In this document: positions 9,314 to 16,692 of the stretch, piece after piece
Numbering within the stretch: position 1 is the first letter of the stretch
Layout of the letters: each line of letters begins with the position of its first letter
NCBI GenBank assembly: GCA_902802905.1
Contig: CADCNT010000011.1
Coordinates: 2,004-66,003 of the forward strand
Source of the DNA: an uncultured Erysipelotrichaceae bacterium
GTDB lineage: Bacteria; Bacillota_I; Bacilli_A; RFN20; CAG-826
Length of the DNA: 64,000 bases
Direction of reading: 5' to 3'
Program-made: the position numbers and the translations under genes
The notes under the pieces: generated by a model
What the model saw: only the letters and a program-made list of their open reading frames with translations
What the model was told of the DNA's origin: nothing
The model's database searches: none

Positions 9314-9331
9314 CTTCTTCTTCTTCTTCTT
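9314..9331. repeat. Trinucleotide repeat (CTT)6, equal to (AAG)6 on the minus strand
   Basis: cttcttcttcttcttctt counted at 9314-9331, in the divergent spacer between paralog A and the NUMOD1 gene. Confidence 0.95.
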
Positions 9332-9359
9332 GCAAGCACTCTACGCGTGCGAGTGCTAA

Positions 9360-9393
9360 TTACAAATACCTTGTATTTGTAAGTTCTTTTTTT
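9360..9393 (+). terminator. Terminator-like hairpin plus T-run on the plus strand, with no upstream plus-strand gene
   Basis: TTACAAATA (9360-9368) pairs with TATTTGTAA (9374-9382), then gttcTTTTTTT. Preceded by the AGCACTC/GAGTGCT hairpin at 9335-9357. Confidence 0.5.
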
Positions 9394-9526
9394 GGGTTTG
9401 GTGGCAAATTGATTGCAACCCTTATATATCTGTCAATACTTTTTTGTGTGATTTTTGGGTATCACAAAAATCTCCTGTGTGACACCTAAATGTGTGATGA
9501 GCACGAGGGTTATAGTGAGTTTATAT

Positions 9527-10123
9527 ATGGTTGCTTGCTATAACTTAGATGGAAAATTTGTTAGAACATATAAAAGTGCTAGAGCTGCTAGTAAGTCTTT
9601 ACATTTACATCCAAGAACTATTGAGAAATGCATTAGAGGAGAAAGCAAAACCGCTAAGGGAATGTTGTGGAGAAGGTTTAATGATAACAATGTCCCAGCA
9701 GAAATTGAACCATTAGGAAAGAGAATCACTACCATTTCAGCAAGACCAATCGCATTAATTGATGAAAATAATCAAATCATCAAGACTTACCCATCAATTA
9801 GAAAAGCCTCAATTGAGAATAAAATAGATCCAAAATCTATAAGAGATGTACTAAATGGAAAAAGCAAGTTTGCCAAAGGAAATAGATATAGATATTTATC
9901 AAATAATGAGTGCAATATATACACATACGAAAAGAAGGAATATATAGTTAAAGAAAAGAATGCTGTAGTACAGCTTTCTTTTGAAGAACAATATATCAGA
10001 ACTTTTAAGTCGGTATATGCCGCTGCTAAAGAATTAAATAAATCACCTCAAGCTATATATGATTGTTTGAAAGGAAAATACAAAACAGCATACGGCTATA
10101 AATGGAGATATAAGCATAATTAA
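9527..10123 (+). CDS. DNA-binding protein made only of three NUMOD1 (homing-endonuclease-associated) repeats
   Basis: Three ~55-aa repeats: YNLDGKFVRTYKSARAASKSLHLHPRTIEKCIRGESKTAKGMLWRRF; LIDENNQIIKTYPSIRKASIENKIDPKSIRDVLNGKSKFAKGNRYRYL; QLSFEEQYIRTFKSVYAAAKELNKSPQAIYDCLKGKYKTAYGYKWRYK. No nuclease domain. ATG 9527 chosen as the start (uncertain; the track ORF starts at 9455). Confidence 0.75.
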   Translation: MVACYNLDGKFVRTYKSARAASKSLHLHPRTIEKCIRGESKTAKGMLWRRFNDNNVPAEIEPLGKRITTISARPIALIDENNQIIKTYPSIRKASIENKIDPKSIRDVLNGKSKFAKGNRYRYLSNNECNIYTYEKKEYIVKEKNAVVQLSFEEQYIRTFKSVYAAAKELNKSPQAIYDCLKGKYKTAYGYKWRYKHN

Positions 10124-10162
10124 AAAAGAGTCAGGATGGTCAATTCTAACTCTTGTTTTTTT
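10122..10162. terminator. Bidirectional terminator (AAGAGTCA family) shared by the NUMOD1 gene and paralog B
   Basis: AAGAGT (10126-10131) pairs with ACTCTT (10149-10154), flanked by A6 on one side and gTTTTTTT on the other. Perfect palindrome atctatttatataaatagat at 10171-10190. Confidence 0.75.
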
Positions 10163-10201
10163 GTATTACTATCTATTTATATAAATAGATTGGTCTAGTA
10201 A

Positions 10202-13015
10202 TTAGTCTTCTTTCTTTTTGCGGATGAAGAAGTATGCGCCAGTAGCAATTAAAGCTGCAGCAGAAATTGCAATAATAGCAATAGTTGGTGATATTTCTGA
10301 GGCTTCTTTTTGTCCAACAATAATGGCGCTGTCAATATATTTGAGGCCATCAAATGGACTGCCATCTCCACAAATTTCGGCCCAAGTTGTATATCTGTCA
10401 TAAGCATCAGCAAAATCCTCTTCTTCATTTGCTGCGAATTCAGCAATTTTGTATTGGCCTAAATCAGCTAATGCAATCTTTGCATTCAAATAATAATTGT
10501 GCTCTGAATCATTACAATAGCCTTTGTTTTCGGATCCATCATAATCATCAAAGTGTAGATTGTCATCAATCCAATCTTTGATTGTGGAATAATAATACGT
10601 GGCCTTAATCACTACACTGCCACTTGCCATTTCAGCTATGTCTTTGGATCCGTCATTATATTTATATAATTTGCCATTAACAACAGCCTTGTCTCCTGGA
10701 TCAAAATAGTGAGAGCTATCCATATCAGCACCATCTATCCATTTGCCTTTATAAATTTGTAGTTCATCAGTTCTGGTACCGTCATCGCTTAAGAAATATG
10801 TCTGGGATTTGTTGCTAACGGTATTTGCATTTGAAACCAAGCCAACAACTGTATAGTTTTGAGTGGTTTGTGCTCCAGAATCTAAAGCATCAATAATTTC
10901 CAAAGCTTCCGCAACGCTAATTGGTTGTGCGACAGAAACAGGAATCTCGAGTGTTTGTCCTGATGCAGCATGTGTTGCAGTAACTGTTGTGGTATCAAAC
11001 GCCATTGTTTCCGGTGTAAATGTTAAATCATTTTTGTTAATTGTTTTACTTCCAGAAGCTTTTGCGATTGAAAAAGTTAAACCAGTTGCATCAAACGCAG
11101 CACCATAAGACTGTGTTACTGGGGTGCCACTATAAGATAATGTACCAGCTGTATATGTATCTTCATTACATTTAACTTTTAAGTCAAAATAAACTGATGG
11201 TTTAGCATATGATGCAATTCTAATGACACCTGTAGCAGGTTTGACATAGTTGATTCTGCCATTGGTAATTGTGAAAGCACCTGAAACAGTTTCTGAGTGA
11301 ACTGTTAATGTAACATTTTGATTTGCTTCGGCAGGTGATACAGAAATAATAGGTTGTTTATATCCTGCTTCCCATTGTTCCATGACATATGAAGAATCAA
11401 TTGGTTGGTTGTTAACTTTAACAACAACAGCTGTAGGAGCAGCTTTAACTGTAACAACGCATGTCTTTTCAACGGAAATATTTCCTTTGGAAGCAACTAC
11501 CTTAACGTTTGATTCACCAGCTGCAATAAATGTTAATGCAGCAGTTGCTGTATTTCCACTTACAGTAACAGCATTTTCATTGCTTGAAGTCCACACAAAT
11601 GTATCTGGAACATAATTTTGCGCAGTAACAGTTAAGGATTTGTCTGTCTCACCGATATATCCTTCTAAAGTATCGGAAAGTGATAATGCTGGTTCTAATG
11701 CTATTTTTTCATATAAAAATACATCAGTTTGAGTGTTTGCATAACAAGCAAAACGAGGACTTCCATTATTATAATTAAATTGGATATATCTTCCAGTTGA
11801 AGCTTTATTCACTATTTCTCCAGCGGAAAAATCAATTGTCCATTTTTGATTATTTGTTGTAGCTGTTTCACTAGTTAAAATGTTGTTTGAAGATCCACTA
11901 TATGATAAATAAACACCACTACCATACAATGTCCATGCGCCTGATTCGCCACCTAAAATATATTCAGTAGCGTTTCCTTTGTTTGCTTTTGAAGCAATCT
12001 TATTATTGGTTGTATCGAGAGTAACTTCTTCAGCAACCCCTAAGTTGCTTGAAACATCACCCATAGCATAATATTTGTTGCTATTTGCAACTTCTTCAAC
12101 CAATAGGTATCTATGCCCAGCCACCAAATTGTTAGCATTAGTAACTTTTACATATTCACACTGTTCAACTTTAACGGTAACAGATATGCCGACATATGCA
12201 TAAGTTGAACCACCGGCTGTAGTTGGATAATTTGCTTTCCATTGAATTCTAGTTGCTCCCGCTTTATATTTTGTAGTCGACAAAACATTAAACGTGGAAC
12301 CAGTACCAGTACCACATCCTTGGAAAGTATAATCAGACGAACTTAATGCAGCAGCAACACCTCCGTTTTTGCTTCCGGAAATTGTGTATCCGTTTGTTAA
12401 AATTGCATCATCTTCTTCAACGTTCAAAGACGTGGAAGGCGAGATAGTTAAGCTATCAGCAATATAATCTGAGGTATTTACCTTTTTAAACAACTGAATT
12501 GAAGCTCCGGTCGTTCCTGTATAGTAGCGGAAGTAGCCTGAATTAACTCGAAGATTATACGTGCCATCATTAACTGTAAAAACTCCGTTCGAATACGAAA
12601 TTGTATGTGCAACAGCAGATGAACCAGTAGAAACGCCTTTATTCGCTCCAGAAATATAAGGGTTTGAAGCTAGTTGACTACATATTGAGTAGCCGCCGGT
12701 TACTGCTTCAATTGTCCATTCGTAAGATGTATCAGCTGTAATGGTGTTGTCCGATGGGGTAACATTACTAATATACGTTCCATCTTTAGAAATTGCACTG
12801 CTTGCATCCCAGAGTTTCGAGTTTGTCGAATTATAAATAAGATATTTTCCTGCCCAATTTGATAAGTTCGATGTGACAAGCTCATATGTAGCATTAACGC
12901 CACTTGTAGCCTTGGCTGTTTTATTATTTTGTCTCTCGCCAACCGCAACGCCTACTCCGATTGCCATCGCTAGGCCTACGCTTAACGCAGCAATCTTTGT
13001 AAATAATTTGTTCAT
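10202..13015 (-). CDS. Giant surface protein, paralog B
   Basis: MNKLFTKIAALSVGLAMAIGVGVAVG..., AKA cleavage site, Big_2-like segment (FVWTSSNENAVTVSGNTA...), C-terminus ...PTIAIIAISAAALIATGAYFFIRKKKED. RBS AAAGGAGAAAA. Confidence 0.85.
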   Translation of the reverse strand: MNKLFTKIAALSVGLAMAIGVGVAVGERQNNKTAKATSGVNATYELVTSNLSNWAGKYLIYNSTNSKLWDASSAISKDGTYISNVTPSDNTITADTSYEWTIEAVTGGYSICSQLASNPYISGANKGVSTGSSAVAHTISYSNGVFTVNDGTYNLRVNSGYFRYYTGTTGASIQLFKKVNTSDYIADSLTISPSTSLNVEEDDAILTNGYTISGSKNGGVAAALSSSDYTFQGCGTGTGSTFNVLSTTKYKAGATRIQWKANYPTTAGGSTYAYVGISVTVKVEQCEYVKVTNANNLVAGHRYLLVEEVANSNKYYAMGDVSSNLGVAEEVTLDTTNNKIASKANKGNATEYILGGESGAWTLYGSGVYLSYSGSSNNILTSETATTNNQKWTIDFSAGEIVNKASTGRYIQFNYNNGSPRFACYANTQTDVFLYEKIALEPALSLSDTLEGYIGETDKSLTVTAQNYVPDTFVWTSSNENAVTVSGNTATAALTFIAAGESNVKVVASKGNISVEKTCVVTVKAAPTAVVVKVNNQPIDSSYVMEQWEAGYKQPIISVSPAEANQNVTLTVHSETVSGAFTITNGRINYVKPATGVIRIASYAKPSVYFDLKVKCNEDTYTAGTLSYSGTPVTQSYGAAFDATGLTFSIAKASGSKTINKNDLTFTPETMAFDTTTVTATHAASGQTLEIPVSVAQPISVAEALEIIDALDSGAQTTQNYTVVGLVSNANTVSNKSQTYFLSDDGTRTDELQIYKGKWIDGADMDSSHYFDPGDKAVVNGKLYKYNDGSKDIAEMASGSVVIKATYYYSTIKDWIDDNLHFDDYDGSENKGYCNDSEHNYYLNAKIALADLGQYKIAEFAANEEEDFADAYDRYTTWAEICGDGSPFDGLKYIDSAIIVGQKEASEISPTIAIIAISAAALIATGAYFFIRKKKED

Positions 13016-13084
13016 AATTTGTTTTCTCCTTTCTTTGATTATCTTCGGCCTATTAGAAGTTCAATCTCTTCTAGCCGTAAGATC

Positions 13085-13094
13085 TTATGAACAA
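13085..13094 (-). repeat. Conserved decamer TTGTTCATAA upstream of paralog B
   Basis: Identical 10-mer, 69 nt upstream of ATG 13015. Confidence 0.6.
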
Positions 13095-13478
13095 TATTTT
13101 TGCATGTACCAAGACAAGTGGGTTTCAATAAGCCCACTAGAGGACATACAAAATGTTGTTTGTTCATGTTTATTCACCACGTGCCATAAACTGACAAATG
13201 AAAAAACATGGACTACTTGTTTGAAAGGAATTAATTATCTAAAAGATTATGCATCGATCTTCTATTTCTTTTATTCTTTTCAAACATGCTTAGGACTTAG
13301 TGTTTATTATGACCTCTATTTGACCAGGATAACGGTCATGTATACACGCGTCCTCGCATGTATATTTAAATACATTAAAACTAGATAAACAACCCTCATA
13401 TATATGGGGTGCATTATACTTAATACTATGTATTAAGTAAATAATCTAATATTTTGTAAACTCTCGTGTTGTACACAA

Positions 13479-13510
13479 TCAAAAAGATTAGGATTTTGAC
13501 ATCCTAATCA
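13479..13510 (-). terminator. Intrinsic terminator after paralog C
   Basis: GATTAGGAT (13486-13494) pairs with ATCCTAATC (13501-13509). The minus strand continues TTTTTG. Confidence 0.8.
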
Positions 13511-13532
13511 ATTTGTTTTATTTAGAGACTAA

Positions 13533-16496
13533 TTAGTCTTGTTTCTTTTTACGGATAACGATGTATCCACCGATAGGTAGGGCTACAGCAACAGAGATGA
13601 TGATAATAATTGCAGTAGCGTTAAAGCCGTTTGTGGATGATAACGAATTGAATACTTGATTAGTCAATCCTTGTTTGTTCATAAAGTTATTCATGTTGTG
13701 TTTTTTGACTAATTCATCATATCGAGACATGCCATCAGCTAATTCGTAATGAGTGTCGCTTTCTTTTGTAACCACTGTGGAATCACCGGTACCTTCAACA
13801 TTATATTGAGCAGCTAAGAGAAGTGCCTTTGCTTCTGTGCCACATGTGATGTCATATAAGCCTTCTAAAGTATCAAAATCCTTTTCTGAAGCATGGCAGA
13901 CATCACTGATATATCCAGCAAATTCTCTAGCTTCAGATAAACCAGTAGGATTAATAATGTGGATTGTTTCAACTTTTTCCACATAGTCATCATAGTTGCT
14001 TGTGTAGAAATAGAAAGTTACGGATAAGTCTTTTGCTTCGTCTGCATAAACGATAAAGTCACCAGTAAATTGACCTGTTACAGAATCATAAGTGGCATTC
14101 GACTCAACTGAAAATTCAGTATCTAAATCTGTAGCACCAGAGAAAACAGGATATCCTTCAGGTGCAGCAAATACGATTGTACCCATATCTTCAACATAAA
14201 AGTCGTTATTTCCACTTACGCTACCTGAAACGATAATAGATGTTGGTGCTTCACTGACAGTAATATATATTCTCTTCTCCGCCATCTTGCCACCATAAGA
14301 CATGCGCAATCTCTTCATCGATGTATCAAATACAAATGATGATAAATCATCGATTTCAGTATCAGCGGATCCAGAATCAGAAGTCAAATAGTACCATTTG
14401 ATATTTACATCATTGTATTCTGGATAAATTACACTATCATCGGTCAACGTGACTTTAATTCCTTCTTCTGGCCAAGAAGTTAAATGCTGTCCTGCGACAA
14501 ATTCCATTCTTGCAGTCGAACTGTTTGTAATACCATTATCCATATCAACTCTTTTGGCAACTGCGGCTGTAGCACGGACAGTAATTGATTTGGCTTCAGC
14601 GTGTGTATCAGTTGGGGTAGCAGTAATTGTTGCTTCATTTCCAACAGAAGCAGTTTTTAAAACAGAAATAGTACCGTTTGCAACCGTTGCTACACTATCA
14701 TCACTTGTTTCCCATGTTAATGATTTATCAACAGAACTATCATCTGGGTCATATGTAACTCCAAGTGTTTTGGATGTGCCAATAGCGATAGGTAAAATAT
14801 TGTTTTCTAAATCATCATGAGTCAATGTAATTGAATCTAATTGTGTTTGTTGTTGCTGTTCATCGGCTAATGTTAATCGGATTTGAATTTGAGCATTGTT
14901 ATTATTAGTTACTTGTAATCTAAAATACTTGTAATTTGCGTTGACCATGCCCGCGATAGATAAATCATAAACGTGATTTTGAGTAGATAAAACTTGAGCG
15001 TTTTCTGATGATTCAATTGGTGATGTCAATGGTCCATCAACTGCGAAATCAACAGCGATTGAGACCGATTGAGAGCAGCCAGAGCTTGAAAAAACTTCAA
15101 GACCAACAATCTTTTTGGTAAAAGCTACTGCATTATAAATAAACGCACCATTTTTACCCATAAAAATTGTTCTAGCTCCTTCACTGGTATCAAATCCGTT
15201 ACTACCAACAGTAGTATAACCATAAAACACATTAGAAGAGTTGCTTGGAGCAACAACATATTTCATTCTATTAACATCATAGATAGTTTGTTGTGTGGTA
15301 TATGCGGTTCCAGATGTGGTAGGCAAAAATAAACTTGTACCAGTAAGAATGGCTTGGTCATCTTCGACAACCGAAGTGGCAGTCCATTTGCCATAAAGAG
15401 TTTTATTCTCCTGAATATTGCTTAGCGTTGATCCAGCACTATAAACTGTGCCAGAACCATCTTGTGTTGTACACCAACCATCAAAAGTAAATCCGGTTGC
15501 CGATAAAGCTGATGGCATTGTTGCACTTGCACCTTTATTGACAACTGCAGATGTTGGAGCAGTTGCTGTGCAATTACCATTATTAACAACGTAGTCAACA
15601 GTAAATTGATTTTCAGTTACATTCAAAATAATTCCTTGTGCATAAAGCTTGCTATTATACATATAACGTACAAAATGCACTTCAACGGTGTCTCCGATTT
15701 TCATGTTATTTGTTTTAGCAGTTGTCATAAAATCTTGAGGATTGGTAAAAACATAGGCATCAACACTATTCCAAGCAAGAGCTGATGCTGTTGCAGTAGA
15801 ACCATATACTGATAAATCGTTTGTGCCATCAGTAACAGTCATATTTCCATATTTATCCTTAGATTCACCATTTTTAAATGATTTGATATCAGCACTAAAA
15901 TGGAATTTGACTGTATAATCCGTTGCTGTGCTGTTTATAAATTGAGCAAGTGTCACATCTTGAGTTGCTGGTTCAGGGACAATAGTTCCTGAAGAAGCGT
16001 AGTAGACGGTGACTGCATTCCAACGAGCCTGCTCAGACGGCGAAACAGTTAACGTAGTCACAGTTCCGGTGGTAGTACATGTAAGAGTAGAACCGGATGA
16101 ATCTCCAGTAAGAGATCCAGAACCTGCCACCTTTGTCCAAGTGTGAGTAACGCCTGTATAGCCACTAGCAACTTCAATAACAACACCATTAATGGATGAT
16201 GCTAAAGCTGTATTTGCAATCTCAATTGTAAAAACATTGTTTTTGTAAATACGCGTTGGATCGCTATAGGAGTTATTTGCGCTGTTTTTAAACTTAATTG
16301 CTCCTTTTGTAGTATAGCTTGAACTGGCTGAATATGGGGCTTCTGAGTTAAATAAGACTTGAGCAGTTCCATCTGTTGCAGCAGCTTGGGCCATTGCCAT
16401 TTCTTTATTTCCGCTTCCCCCTAATGCAACACCTAAACCGATTGCCATCGCTAGTCCGACGCTTAGAGATGCAATCTTTGTGAATAATTTGTTCAT
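13533..16496 (-). CDS. Giant surface protein, paralog C
   Basis: MNKLFTKIASLSVGLAMAIGLGVALG..., Listeria-Bacteroides-type repeat (...GFTFDGWCTTQDGSGTVYSAGS...LYGKWT), Big_2-like segment (LTWETSDDSVATVANGTISV...), C-terminus ...NATAIIIIISVAVALPIGGYIVIRKKKQD. RBS GAAAGGAG. Confidence 0.85.
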   Translation of the reverse strand: MNKLFTKIASLSVGLAMAIGLGVALGGSGNKEMAMAQAAATDGTAQVLFNSEAPYSASSSYTTKGAIKFKNSANNSYSDPTRIYKNNVFTIEIANTALASSINGVVIEVASGYTGVTHTWTKVAGSGSLTGDSSGSTLTCTTTGTVTTLTVSPSEQARWNAVTVYYASSGTIVPEPATQDVTLAQFINSTATDYTVKFHFSADIKSFKNGESKDKYGNMTVTDGTNDLSVYGSTATASALAWNSVDAYVFTNPQDFMTTAKTNNMKIGDTVEVHFVRYMYNSKLYAQGIILNVTENQFTVDYVVNNGNCTATAPTSAVVNKGASATMPSALSATGFTFDGWCTTQDGSGTVYSAGSTLSNIQENKTLYGKWTATSVVEDDQAILTGTSLFLPTTSGTAYTTQQTIYDVNRMKYVVAPSNSSNVFYGYTTVGSNGFDTSEGARTIFMGKNGAFIYNAVAFTKKIVGLEVFSSSGCSQSVSIAVDFAVDGPLTSPIESSENAQVLSTQNHVYDLSIAGMVNANYKYFRLQVTNNNNAQIQIRLTLADEQQQQTQLDSITLTHDDLENNILPIAIGTSKTLGVTYDPDDSSVDKSLTWETSDDSVATVANGTISVLKTASVGNEATITATPTDTHAEAKSITVRATAAVAKRVDMDNGITNSSTARMEFVAGQHLTSWPEEGIKVTLTDDSVIYPEYNDVNIKWYYLTSDSGSADTEIDDLSSFVFDTSMKRLRMSYGGKMAEKRIYITVSEAPTSIIVSGSVSGNNDFYVEDMGTIVFAAPEGYPVFSGATDLDTEFSVESNATYDSVTGQFTGDFIVYADEAKDLSVTFYFYTSNYDDYVEKVETIHIINPTGLSEAREFAGYISDVCHASEKDFDTLEGLYDITCGTEAKALLLAAQYNVEGTGDSTVVTKESDTHYELADGMSRYDELVKKHNMNNFMNKQGLTNQVFNSLSSTNGFNATAIIIIISVAVALPIGGYIVIRKKKQD

Positions 16497-16564
16497 AAGC
16501 TAAGCTCCTTTCATGATTGTCTATTATGTCCAACATATCGATAATGTTGAACGGATAATAGAGG

Positions 16565-16574
16565 TTATGAACAA
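16565..16574 (-). repeat. Conserved decamer TTGTTCATAA upstream of paralog C
   Basis: Identical 10-mer, 68 nt upstream of ATG 16496. A candidate promoter TTGAAT-17-TATATT lies further upstream, which would place the decamer in the 5' UTR. Confidence 0.6.
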
Positions 16575-16643
16575 TGACGTTAAAAAATAATATTAATATA
16601 ATTAATATAGATGATATTGAAAACTTATTCAAGGATAGAGGCA

Positions 16644-16668
16644 AAGAAAAAGTCCATATAAATGGACA
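16644..16668 (-). terminator. Intrinsic terminator after the lipoprotein gene
   Basis: GTCCAT (16652-16657) pairs with ATGGAC (16662-16667). The minus strand continues TTTTTC. Confidence 0.7.
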
Positions 16669-16692
16669 ATTCTCAATATGTCTTGAACTAGT

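Noticed and set aside
9447-9470. CRP/FNR-type site TGTGA...TCACA upstream of the NUMOD1 gene
   Set aside because: The spacer is 10 nt rather than the canonical 6, and the arms form part of a GATTTTTG/CAAAAATC hairpin.
9295-9489. 64-aa ORF containing SSSSSS
   Set aside because: The serine run is simply the (TCT)6 reading of the CTT repeat. No RBS, and it lies in a hairpin-rich spacer.
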